Source: Eledone cirrhosa (lineage: Eukaryota). Taken from it: a DNA stretch of 64,000 nt. The position numbers were made by a program, and so were the translations under genes. The stretch is from assembly GCA_964016885.1 (NCBI GenBank), contig OZ024748.1, positions 33,790,001 to 33,854,000 on the forward strand, read 5' to 3'. Below are positions 23,666-36,400 of this stretch, one piece after another; within the stretch, counting starts at the first letter, position 1; the number at the start of each line of letters is the position of its first letter. The notes under the pieces were generated by a model. The model was not told where the DNA came from. It searched no databases and saw only the letters and a list, made by a program, of their open reading frames with translations.

Positions 23666-25820
23666 CAAACATTGCTTGTCATCATCATACGTCTGCTTTT
23701 CCCTGCTTGCAAGGGTGAGATGGGTTCTATTCAGCATCTCTCTATTTGTCATGGTCCTTCGTCATGTCTTTCATTAGCTTCAGCGATCTGCGGTCTGCTC
23801 TCACCACCTCCGCACATGTTTTTCGTGGTCTTCCTCTACTATGTCTTCCTTCTACTGGGATTTCTTGGCACTTCTTTACCCAGCAGTCATACTCCATGCA
23901 CATCACATATCCATATCATCACAGTCTTCTCTCCCACACACAACAACTTATCCCTTGTCATTTTTAAATATATATTTAGCCTATAAATCTCTATATATAT
24001 CTTCATTAAGGATCCTTTCCGCAACCAAGAACAAATACTTAAATTCCCTGATGTAGTATGTTATTAGGGACCTTCTATGACATGAGGCAATGCTGTACCT
24101 CTCTTCTCTCAGTTAGGGGGCAACACCAACATTAACAGCTGTAGCATGTAATTGAGGGACCTCTCATTTGAGGTAATATCTTGTTTCCTCTTGTCTGATA
24201 CATTTGAAGGGGTAACATCAACATTCCCTGATGTGTGTAATTGAGGGCCTGTCTCTCACCTCAGGTAATACCATGTCCTCTCTTATCTCAGAAATACGCA
24301 ATATAAACGTTATATAACGATGCAAATATATGAATGTTTATGCAAGTGATGTGATATTTTGTCTGTTATATCATAACTGGAGGTATTGAGATTTGAAAAT
24401 TTTAAAAGAGGTGAATCTTAAAATAAGCAATTATTATATATAAGAATATTTATGTTTAAACAACAGCTACAAAATTTACAAATGCTGAATCTAGTGCATT
24501 ACTGTACCAGCCTCTGTAATTCTTACACTTAATTCAGCTTCCTCCCTTCATCAACTTGTGAATACAGCCTCAAGACTCTTGAACTTCTCTGCCTGCTTCA
24601 GTAGATCTCCACTCACATGTAGAGAGGTAAAATATTTCAGTCATCAATTGACTGATTTTCATTTCTGCCATGCAGTAGTTGGCAGCAAACCTATCAAGTA
24701 CATGTTGGAGATTACCTTCTCACAAGATAGCTACTAAAATGACATCCAGAAATTCTAAACAACTGATCCTACATCCACCAGTCTTGATACCAATTCCAGC
24801 CCAGTTGCACATGTCAATCCTGTTCATGAAGATTATGAACAGGGGAGGTGACAGCATACATCCTTGGCAGAGTCTGACACCCTCATTGAAAGTTTTCGAC
24901 TTAGCAATGTTTGGGGTAACATTACTTGATATAATTCATAGCTTGGAGATGAGAGACTCATTCCAAGGAGAGGTGCTAATACTCTGAAATGAGAGATCAC
25001 AACTCTGATACTATGGTGATGTGTTCAGAATGTCTCAGGAAATAATCACTGGGCAAATTTTACAGGCAAAACCAACTGGCAGAAGCTCCAGGGGTAGACG
25101 CCGAGCAAGTTGGATGGATAATATTCATGAGCATGATTTGTTTTGCTTCGAGATCCAGCCAGATCAGATGAAGACAATTGATTCTGACAGTACCTGCTGG
25201 AAGTCATGCTTGAGGACTCTGTCACCATGACCATCCTTGGAATAAGTGGACGAAGGAGAAATATTTATATCAGAATTGAAAATAGTTACATTTGAGGAAA
25301 TTGTCAAGTCTGTGACTTCAACCTTTCATTATTTTCCCATCTAAATCTCTGTTATTAACACCATATGTAATGATATCATCTTGTAAGTAGTTTTAATACA
25401 TCTAACACCCATCTAAATCTCTGTTATTAACACCATATGTAATGATATCACCTTGTAAGTAGTTTAATACATCTAACACCTATCTAAATATCTGTTATTA
25501 ACACCATATGTAATGATATCATCTTGTAAGTAGTTTTACTACATCTAACACCTATCTAAATCTCTGTTATTAACACCATATGTATTATTGTTTAAAATCA
25601 TTGAAATTCTATCACTCTTCGTATATTTCAAACCTGAAATTTAGAAATTTGACAGTATCCTGGTTATAGGGCCACTAACTTTGGTGGTATCATTGTTTCC
25701 CTAAAGTAACAAGAAAAATTAAAACTTAGTCACAAAAGATCACAAACTGTTGAAGTATTAGTTGTTTGTTGTTGAACTTGTAGTAATAGAAATTTCTGGC
25801 ATTCTTGGTCCCTCTACCAC
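23666..25820 (+). repeat. Segmental duplicate of ~1-300 + ~3150-5270 + ~5615-5690
   Basis: Colinear near-identical text, e.g. ORFs 24679-24987 and 25021-25230 versus 4333-4581 and 4615-4824. Confidence 0.92.
23683..23953 (-). mobile_element. The same RTE 3' fragment insertion as 18-290
   Basis: Same CTTGTCAT TSD (23675-23682 and 23954-23961) and same breakpoints. Confidence 0.85.
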
Positions 25821-25828
25821 CTTTGTAA

Positions 25829-26135
25829 GGCCAACTGGCCAGAACCTCATAAAGGTGTCACCCAGGGCTCTACTATGAACAAGGCTTGGCATGGCCAACT
25901 GGCCAGAACCTCCTCATAAAGGTATCACCCAGGGCTCTACTATGAACAAGACTTGGTGCTGCCAACTGACCAGGCCTACTTCATAATGGGTCTACCAAGA
26001 TCCCAAAACACAGCAACAGTCCCGATATTGTACAAGGTACACTGCAGCCATCTGGCCAGACTTTCCAGTAACAAGGCTCCACTATGTGTAAGACTTTGAG
26101 AGTCCAACTGGCTAGACCTCCCTCATAGTGGGACT
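25829..26135 (+). repeat. Diverged ~65-70-bp tandem repeat (~5 copies)
   Basis: Repeated gccaactggccaga..cataa..gggctctactatg..aag.ctt. Confidence 0.7.
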
Positions 26136-26289
26136 ACCTAGCTCTCAAACAATAGCTCCACTGTGAGCAGGTTACAGTGAAGCAACCTGGCCTGTCCCTC
26201 CTCATAACTGTGCCATCCAGTCCTACACTGTAAATGTGGTTGGTGTTAGGAAGAGCATCCAGCTGTAAAATAGAAAGTAAACATTTGGT

Positions 26290-28950
26290 TATATATATAT
26301 ATAACTTTGATAAATTTTGGCCAGTATTGGCCCAAGCCATGTCTAACTTAATAGCACCACCTGGCGAAGTCTTTCAAATCAGGATTTGGACACCATGGCC
26401 CACTCAGGTAGAGAGTTATTGTTTATGGAAACATATCCGGTTGCAGAAGGTTTATCCAGGATTTCTAAAAGGAATTTGTCCAAAGACCTTTTGAATTTTA
26501 TGGGGTCTGTTTCTGTCAATGTGTTTTGGTGTAATGTTAAAGAGAGCGGGGCCAACTGAGGTGAAATAATTGTGCTGTATTGTTGTTATGAGATGTGAGT
26601 GAGATTTTTGTTGTGAGCAGATAGCACGGGGCCCAAGCCTTGGTTGTACCTTAAAGATGACCCAACATCATTTGGGCAATGCTGATAGAATATCTTCCAC
26701 ATCATGCAGATAATGTAGCACTCATGGCGACGTTGGAGAGAATAAAGGTTGAGCTTTTCTAATCGACTCTAATAGTCAAGGCCTGTCATGCCATCTATCT
26801 TTTTTATATTTGACCTTTGGGGTGCTTCACTTTCATTTCACTTTCATTATACTTTGTTTCATGTGGGGAGACCACAGTGGATAACAGTATTCAAGTGGAT
26901 TTAACTCAAATTCATCTTTGTTCAGCAGCATATTGTTCTTTTCCGTCCATTGGATAACAGCCAGTAGGTCTGACTGAAGGTGTGTCTGGTCACCCACTCC
27001 ATTGATGACCTTTTGGAGCTTGGAATCATCTGCAAATATTCTCATGTTGCTGTGCTTGATGACATCAGTAACGTCGTTTATATAGATAATGAAAAGAAGT
27101 GGGCCCAACACAGTGCATTGTGGGACACCACTACTGACTTTGGCTGGGCTTGATTGTACTCCTTCGACTACAACATGTTGGGCTCTGTCTGTCAGGAAAC
27201 ACTTGATCCATTGTAGTAACTTTCCAGAGATACCAATGTTGGATAGTTTTTTTCCAGTAAAATGTTGTGATCAACCCTGCTGAAATCAAGATGACATCAA
27301 TGCTGGAGCCCTCCCCCAAAGCTCTTAAAATGTCATCAAAGTGATGCAGTAGCAGTGGTAGGCCGTCCCTTCCATTACTGAACCCATGTTGGTTGGAGTT
27401 CAGCAGATTGTTGCTTTCAAGAAATTGGGTTATTCGTGATCTCACCACCCTCTCAAATACCTTAATGATATGAGAGGTGAGTGAGATCGGACAGTAATTC
27501 ACTACAAGGGACTTGTTTCTATTTTTCAAAACTGGGACTACAGACTGGGATACTAAGTTTTCAGATATATAACCAGCATCCAGTGAGTTCCTCCACAGAT
27601 TAGTAAGTGGGGATGCAAGTTGGTGTTGACACACCTTCAGGACACAAGCAGGGAACCAATCGGGGCCTACTGCTGATGTTTAATTTTGTTTATTGCCGCT
27701 AAGACATCAGGGGTGCCAAACGATATGACTGACATAGTGTGATGGGGATTAACATCACTGATACAGCCAAGATCAGACATATCAAGATTGCTGAAAAGAG
27801 AGCAGTATTGTTTCTACAGTATCTCACCCATGGTTTTGGCATTATCTTGGAGAGTGCCATTTTAATCAATTAGAGGGCCAACAGTGGAAACAGTGACCTT
27901 GTGTTTTTTCACAAATGAAAAGAAAACTTTGGGATTCAGTTTGATTTTCTCAATGGCCCATTTCTCCTCAGCTGTTCTTTGTTTATTGATGGTGGTCTTC
28001 ATGCATTGCTGGAGATTATATTTTTCTTTATTCAAGCAGTGCGATAGCTGTCGAATGTGTGTGTTGTTGGCAGTATTTTGGTATGTTAATTTTTTGGTTT
28101 GTCCTTTTTATTTTTCTGATAATAGTTTTTCTGTTTTGGGGAATTCTACACTTCTTGGTGGGGTGTGTTTTGTACATATGTTTGTGACAGTGTCTACAAA
28201 AATCAGGCAAGATGTTTCGATGTTGGTGGAGATGTGTGCATGTGTGAAAGACCAGTCAACATGTTATAGCTCGTTTGAGATTGCATCCCAGTTGGCATTA
28301 TGGAGATCCATGTTATCAAATGGGTGGGCTGGAGAGAGGTCACTAGGATTAGCTTTTAACTGGTGGAATCTCAGGTTACAGAGAACCATGTCATGGTCTG
28401 AAAGAAGGGTTTTTCCCACTGTAATATTATGTTAGTGTGGTTACTAAACACTACGTCCACAATGTTTTCTGATATCTTGTTGGTGCAGTTTTTGACTGGA
28501 GGTGTGGTTGTACTGTTGGATAGGGTTGTAGTTACCACTTTTGGTCACACTTTTGATTTTTTTGTTGTTTTTGTACCTCTGTGAAAAGACTGGACCAGCA
28601 TTACTGCAACAGGTGGTATTTTTCTGTGGTTTAGGTATGGCTTGGAGCCCCATTTCTGTTAGTGTGTTGGGTCCCTGGAAGATGAATGAAGGGACAGTCA
28701 TACTGCAGACATAGTCTCTCATGTTGGGAATACCGGCATATCTTAGGATTGTGGGTTACACATGTTTTAGTGTTCAATATACTATTTGGTGGTGTTGATG
28801 TTGATGTGGGATGAGTACTTTGGCCTTGGCTGGTAGTGTTTGTATGGATTGTGTGTCTAGTGCCAGGTAGATGTGTGAAGATCAGTCACTACGTGTGCAG
28901 AGCCTCTGATGTAGTGAATAACGGCATATTTTGGTGTTTCTTGTTTGTGC
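26290..28950 (-). mobile_element. Decayed CR1/L2-group LINE
   Basis: Minus-strand NYCPISLTSHIIKVFERVV, QHGF, GPLLFIIYIND, IFADDSKL and LEYCYPLWSP. Confidence 0.85.
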
Positions 28951-29084
28951 CGGGGGGGGGGGGGAGCATTCTACAGTAGGATTGAGGTGGTGATGTGGGG
29001 GAAAAAAGCAGTGATTTATTATTGGTAGTTGAAGTTAAAGAAGGGCGGTGGATTGGAAGTATCAGTAGAGGGTCAGACGCCATT

Positions 29085-29235
29085 CTTTGCAGCATAGAGT
29101 TATGGCTCTTTATGATCTGAGTTCAAATCCCGCCGAGGTTAACTTTGCCTTTCATCCTTATGGGGTCGATAAAATAAAGTACCAGTAATACTCTGGATAA
29201 TTGCTGGCCTTGTGCCAAAAGTAGAAACAATTATT
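29085..29235 (+). mobile_element. Truncated tRNA-derived SINE
   Basis: B-box gagttcaaatcc followed by actttgcctttcatcc..ggggtcgataaaataaagtaccag. Confidence 0.7.
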
Positions 29236-29599
29236 AGTAGTTGAAGTGGTAGAAGACGATGGTGGTGATGATGATGATGATTGTGGTGGTTCCTGGGATG
29301 AAAGTGGTGATGAGGTACTGTCGTTAAGTAAATCTGCTATTGTGCTGAAATTTAGGAGTGGCTCTTCCTGTTATTGTTGATGTTGTTGTTGACACGCTTG
29401 ACTAATATTTGAGGAAAAATACAATACATACAAACACACATATATAACATAGAAGGCAATTAAAACAGCTAAATGTTGTCAAAGACAGGGATGACCAGAA
29501 ATGTCTCAGAGGACAGAGACCAGCAGTCAGTGGTCAACAGAGTCAATCCACAAGGTGTATGGTCCATATGACAGGTGCAATGTGTCCGAACATGGAAGA

Positions 29600-30505
29600 G
29601 CTGAACTCCCACTGTCATCACCTCCATTCTCTCTCCCTCCCCACTTCACATGTACACCAGGTCTGAACACAGAGGAACCAAACTCCCACTGTCATCCCCT
29701 CCATCTCTCTCACCCTCCCCATCTCACATGTACACCAGGTCTGAACACAGAGGAACCAAACTCCCACTGTCATCCCCTCCATCTCTCTCACCCTCCCCAT
29801 CTCACATGTACACCAGGTCTGAACACAGAGGAACCAAACTCCCACTGTCATCACCTGCATCTCTCTCACCCTCCCCATCTCACATGTACACCAGGTCTGA
29901 ACACAGAGGAACCAAACTCCCACTGTCATCCCCTCCATCTCTCTCACCCTCCCCATCTCACATGTACACCAGGTCTGAACACAGAGGAACCAAACTCCCA
30001 CTGTCATCACCTCCATCTCTCTCACCCTCCCCACCTCACATGTACACCAGGTCTGAACACAGAGAAACCAAACTCCCACTGTCATCACCTCCATCTCACT
30101 CAGCCTCCCCATCTCACATGTACACCAGGTCTGAACACAGAGGAACCAAACTCCCACTGTCATCACCTCCATCTCTCTCAGCCTCCCCATCTCACATGTA
30201 CACCAGGTCTGAACACAGAGGAACCAAACTCCCACTGTCATCACCTCCATCCCTCTCACCCTCCCCATCTCACATGTATACCAGGTCTGAACACAGAGGA
30301 ACCAAACTCCCACTGTCATCACCTCCATCTCTCTCACCCTCCCCATCTCACATGTACACCAGGTCCTGACACAGAGGAACCAAACTCCCACTGTCATCAC
30401 CTCCATCTCTCTCACCCTCCCCATCTCACATGTACACCAGGTCTGAACACAGAGGAACCAAACTCCCACTGTCATCATCTCCATCCCTCTCACTCTCCCC
30501 ATCTC
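29600..30505. repeat. 78-bp minisatellite, ~11.5 copies
   Basis: catgtacaccaggtctgaacacagaggaacc recurs every 78 bp from 29649 to 30429. Confidence 0.96.
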
Positions 30506-31498
30506 TCTGTATTATGAGAAAAAGGGGTCCCATGTGCTGGCCGCCTAACAGCCCCGGCAGACAGAATGGAGAAGGCTTTTCCCCGGAGGATGGTAAGGGA
30601 GATGCACTGGAAGAGCCATTCCATCTCGCGAGGCTCACAACTCTGTGGGTAGCCAACTCTGTGCCTATGGTGGTAAGTAGGGAGGTAGCCCTAGTGCCAA
30701 AAAGGCCAGAAGTCTCCACTGCAAACCTGTCGGAGAGCAAAATTTGTAATTCCTTTACTTTAAGACTGTAGAGTGTGTGTTGGCTGCTATTTCTACCATG
30801 TCAAGTAACCAGGTAGGAGACTCCCTCGTTGATACGTAATAAATATTTCACTGAGTGATGCTGCTTGTTTTACCATGGGATGGATACAATTGATGGAGTG
30901 AATTGATATAACTGAAGGTCTTTCTGAAGGTATTAAATTATGTCAGGGACTTTTAACGTATGACACCGGTTTTATTTCAGAGCTGGGAAACATTGTCAAC
31001 GACACCACGTACCTGCTATCTTAATCATAAATTTATTTAATCTAATTATATCTTGTGTAGCAATTATCTCATGTTAAGGTGAAAGTTAATATTTTGTATA
31101 TAACATAGAGTGAGCTACATGTTTCAGGGTAGGTGTTCCATCACCTACATGATTAAATATTTCATTTCGTGAGAAAGTAGCTTACATCGTGAATTGGTTG
31201 TTCCACACTTTACAGGACAGTGAGAAATAGGTTTAAATCACCTACATCTGAACAATTAGCTTTTATGGCCTTTCTTGACTTTACACTTGGACTTGAAATA
31301 TAAAGTACGTATTATTTGTATTGTTTAAACAGCAGATATTGTGTACTTTTCTATACTCCGTGGTGAACAATCCTCATTTATTAAGACACAAATATACACA
31401 CACACTCTCTCACTCTGTCTCTTACACTTTCTTATACCGACGTCTGTCTTACACAATCATATATCTTCAGAACTTCGAAGAATTCTTCAAGAATTATT

Positions 31499-32302
31499 AT
31501 GGAGGACGTTAAACACTTGGACATTTCTACCACACCTGTTTCTACCAATACAGATACACTTACAGAGATATACAGTGGTGAGAAACCTTTACCTAGTGAA
31601 ACATGTACTGAAAAAGGATCATTATACAGAAATATTCCTGAATATAGCTGTGAGATTTGTAGGAAAACTTTCTCATCAGAAGATAAATTATCTACACACA
31701 AACACATACATATTAAAGACAAACCCTATCATTGTGAAATATGTGGGAAATCTTTTGCTAAAACAACTCATCTTCATGAACACATAAAAAGTCACACAGG
31801 AGAGAAACCTTTTCATTGTGAAATATGTGGGAAATCTTTCAGCCAAAATGCCAATTTGATTAGGCATATACGTAGTCACAGTGGGGAAAAACCATTTCAC
31901 TGTGAAATCTGTGGGAAATCTCTCGCCGAGAAAGCTAAACTTGTTAGACATATACGTATTCACACCGGAGAGAAACCTTTTCACTGTGAAACATGTGGGA
32001 AATATTTTGCTGATAGTGCTGCACTTATAGTTCACAGAAGAACACACACTGGAGAGAAACCCTATCAATGTGAAATATGTGGGAAATATTTTGTAACAAG
32101 CAGTCATTTAACTAAACATAAAAGAACACACACTGGAGAGAAACCCTTCCACTGTGAAATATGTGGGAAATCTTTCTCTGAAAATTTTAGTGTTGTAGTT
32201 CACAAAAGAACACACACTGGAGAGAAACCTTTCAAATGTGAAATATGTGGGAAATCTTTTGTCACTAAAAGTAAGTTAAATAAACACAAAAGAACACACT
32301 AA
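31499..32302 (+). CDS. Tandem C2H2 zinc-finger protein, 267 aa, 8 fingers
   Basis: Uninterrupted ORF with eight CxxC-x12-HxxxH fingers and TGEKP-type linkers; Kozak-like attATGG; candidate acceptor tatcttcAG at ~31470. Confidence 0.88.
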   Translation: MEDVKHLDISTTPVSTNTDTLTEIYSGEKPLPSETCTEKGSLYRNIPEYSCEICRKTFSSEDKLSTHKHIHIKDKPYHCEICGKSFAKTTHLHEHIKSHTGEKPFHCEICGKSFSQNANLIRHIRSHSGEKPFHCEICGKSLAEKAKLVRHIRIHTGEKPFHCETCGKYFADSAALIVHRRTHTGEKPYQCEICGKYFVTSSHLTKHKRTHTGEKPFHCEICGKSFSENFSVVVHKRTHTGEKPFKCEICGKSFVTKSKLNKHKRTH

Positions 32303-33407
32303 GAACAAATACTTAAACCCTTTCTGCTAAACATTCTCTGATGTAGTATGTTATTAGAGACCTTCTATGACATGAGGTAATGCTGTATCTTCTCTTCTCT
32401 CAGAAATTTTAGTGGGCAACACCAACATTAACATCTGTAGCATGTAATTGAGGGACCTCTCATTTGAGGTAATATCTTGTTTCCTCTTGTCTGAGAAATT
32501 AAGGGGTAACATCAACATTCCCTGATGTGGTGTGTAATTGAGGGCCTGTCTCTCACCTCAGGTAATACCATGTCCTCTCTTATCTCAGAAATTTCACTGG
32601 GAAACTGTCTTTATTGATTTGTTTATTATTTGTAAATTCTTTATTAGTTTTTCTTTATTCATTATGTAAACTAGCAGAAAACGACCCTTTGGGTGGCTTT
32701 CTGCTAGCATATGTAGGGGCGCTGGAAGCCCATTTAGTTTGGTAAGTTTTATAAGTCATATTTGTACGTCTCTTAGAACAGCCAGTGTGAATGCATTTGA
32801 AGGAAGAAAAGGAAGAAAATAAAAGAAGCTTGTCAACGAATTCCCTAGGGAGATAAAAGAAAAACAAAAGAAATCAAAGAAAATGAAAATAAGGACGTCA
32901 ACTTTTACAACAGTTACAAGAACAACTTCAACAGAAATGACAACAAAAAGAAGCAATGGTGGTGAAAGGTGTGGGTGTATACATATACATACATACGGAC
33001 ATACACACATGCATACGTACATACATACACATACATTCCCCAATTGTAAATGTTCTGCTCACAATTATTGCCGTATTTATCACTTCGCTAGCTTCCACAA
33101 CACATTTATTTTGTTACGCTCATTTTCTCTACCATGCTGCCTCTCTATCTGTCTATTTTGCCATCAAAGGCTACAGGCCATGACTTGGCTACCTGCCTCA
33201 CAATTTCCCAACCACCCACCCCCTCACACCACCATAGCCTATTCGACCAATCAAACCTCAGCATGCCCCCCCCCCACTACCAACCCCAACAAACCCTGCC
33301 ATTTCTACTACTACCTAACTCTCTCCTCCCCCGTCCCAGCCCAACACACCCTGCCATTATTACCACCACCACTGTTCTTCTAGCCCTGAATTTTCCTACC
33401 GTTATGT

Positions 33408-36400
33408 ATGGATGAGCTGAGAATAAATTGGAGCAACTCTGAATTAATAGATGAAATGAATATGAATCCGCGAGGTACCAAGCACCCATGTGAAGCCCCA
33501 ATCCAGAGACAGGAACCACACACACACCCCTGCAAAAATCGACCCTTCCCTACGAATGTCGACAAATGCCCAAAACTCCGAGTTGGCACCATCAATGTAA
33601 GCACAATGAAAGGAAGAGCAGGAGAAATCGTAGAAATGCTAGAGCGAAAGGAAATTGATGTATGCTGTGTGCAAGAAATTAGATGGAGAGGAGAGTCTGC
33701 TAGAGTCCTTGTAGGAAAAAGTCAGTGCTACAAATTTTTCTGGGTGGGAAATGACGATGGGATGGGTGGTGTAGGTATACTACTAGCTGACAAATGGGTA
33801 GATAAAGTAATCTCAGTGTACAGGGTAAATGCAAGAATCATTAAACTCAGACTAGTCCTGAATAAAACAATTACCACAATAATATCAGCTTACGCACCCC
33901 AATCGGGGTTGCCAGACGAACTTAAGGATAGGTTTTACGAGTCCCTAATGCACACTACTGCTCTAACAAACGACAATGACTTCTTAATCATCGCAGGAGA
34001 TTTTAACGGACACGTAGGTAAACACTTTGACGGCTTCAATAGAGTCCATGGAGGCCATTGGGTTGGCACAAGAAATGAAGAAGGATTCCGATTTCTAGAA
34101 TTCTGCGACGCCAATGACATGTCGATATGTAACAAACTTCAAAAAACCCGACAACCACCTGATCACCTATAGATCAGGGGAGCATTCTAGTCAGATAGAT
34201 TTTATCCTCATCAGAGGACGTGACAGATGGACGGTCGTAAACACAAAAGCCTACCCTAGTGAGGAATGTACCTCCCAACATAGCTTAGTTGTCAGCGACC
34301 TCACGGTCAGAACTAGACGAACCTGGAAACAGAGGCCAACCTGGAGGAGAAAGATCTGGAAGCTGAAAAACCCCTCAGCCAGTAACAGATTTAAAGATAT
34401 TTTACTCAACGCCTATGACAGTAAAGAAGAACAGGAAAAGACATTCAATGTAGAAGAGCACTGGGAGTTCCTAAAAAATAACTTACTAGAGGCGACGGAC
34501 GAGGTCTGTGGCTGGAGTAAGACCTCAAGCAGGAGGAGAGTGACTTGGTGGTGGAACAATAAGGTAGATGAAGCAGTCAAGGCCAAGAGACAAGCATGGA
34601 AAGAGTGGAAGAACGGGGAGAGCAGGATACATTACATAGAGACCAAGAGGGAAGCTAGGCGACAAGTATACTTAGCTAGGAGGGAAGCAGAGGATAGAAA
34701 ATTCAAGCATGTTTTGCAACGTGAGGACCAGAAACAGGAGGTGTTCAAGATTGTGAGGCAGTGTGTCAGAGAGAATTGTGATGTCATTGGAGAGAAGTGT
34801 ATCTGGAATGATAAAGGTGAGCTTGCCCTCACAAGTACTGAGAAGAAAGATGCATGGAAGAGCCATTATGATAGATTACTAAATGAGGAGAATGCATGGG
34901 AAGAAGAGACCCTACCCCAAGTAGACCCTATAGAGGGGCCAGCAGTACAATTAAGCAGCAGTGTAGTAAGTAAGGCAATCAAAGATATGAAGATGGGGAA
35001 GGCAACCGGGCCATCGGGTATAGCTGCTGAGATGCTGAAGGCATCTAGGTCTGTAGGTCACACTATAACCACACGTATTGTTAACCAGGTAATACTAGAA
35101 GGTGTCATACCAAAAGATTGGTGCAGTAGCATCATTATCAACTGCTACAAAGGTAGAAGTGATGCACTAGATAGAGGAAACTATAGAGGTATAAAGCTGA
35201 TGGACCAGGTCATGAAAGTAACAGAAAGAGTTATAGCACAGTTGATTAAGGACCGGCTGAAACTAGATGAAATGCAATTTGGGTTTGTACCAGGAAGAGG
35301 TACCACTGATGCCCTCTTCCTTGTGAGGCAGTTACAGGAAAAGTACCTAGCTAAAAGTAAGCCACTCTACTTGGCATTCGTCGATCTCGAGAAAGCCTTT
35401 GACAGAGTTCCACGTGTTATAATCTGGTGGGCTCTTAGAAAACAAGGAGTAGATGAATGGCTTGTGAAAGCTGTACAAGCCATGTATAGGGGAGCAGTCA
35501 GCAAAGTTAGGATTAGCAATGAATATAGCGAGGAATTTAGCGTACAGGTTGGTGTCCACCAGGGCTTTGTTCTTAGCCCTCTCCAGTTCATCATAGTCCT
35601 GCAGGCAATAACGGAGGAGTTTAAGACCGGATGCCCATGGGAACTCCTGTATGCTGATGACCTCGCACTTATAGCTGAATCTATGGTAGAACTAGAGAAG
35701 AAATTCCAAACTTGGAAGCAGGGACTAGAAAGAAAGGGTCTCAAAGTCAACATGACAAAGACTAAGGTCCTTGTAACTAGACGAGAAAACAGAACCCAGA
35801 TCCCCTCAGGGAAATGGCCTTGCTCAGTATGTAGGAAAGGTGTAGGTAGGAACTCCATTCTCTGCCCCAAATGCAAACAATGGGTACACAAGAGATGTAG
35901 CGGGATCTCAGGAAGCTTAATTAAGAATGTAGGCTTCACATGCAGCAGCTGTGCTGGGACAGCAAGCAGCAAACAGCCACAGGAAACAAGTACCACCAAT
36001 CTCTGGGAGGGCTCTGTAGAAACAGTAGACAGCTTCTGCTACCTAGGTGACCGAATTAGCAACGGAGGTAGGTGTTCAGAAAGTACAATAACTAGGGTAA
36101 GAACGGGATGGAAGAAGTTCACGGAACTACTGCCACTGCTAGCTGCAAAAGGCTTCTCCCTCAAAATGAAAGGCAGACTGTATGATGCATGTATCCGAAC
36201 AGCAATGTTACATGGTAGTGAGACCTGGGCGCTGAAGGTGGAAGACTTACGTAGATTAGAAAGAAACGAAGCCTGCATGCTCCGATGGATGTGTAATAGT
36301 AATATACGCGAACAACAAAGCATAAATGAATTGAGAGAGAGACTGAGCATAAGAGGAATCAAATGCTGGTATGGACATGTGATGCGTATGAAGGATGACA

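Noticed and set aside
32671-32708. Hairpin ctagcagaaa..tttctgctag as a terminator or Helitron 3' end
   Set aside because: Short and imperfect in the paralogue at ~3539; no matching Helitron 5' end found.
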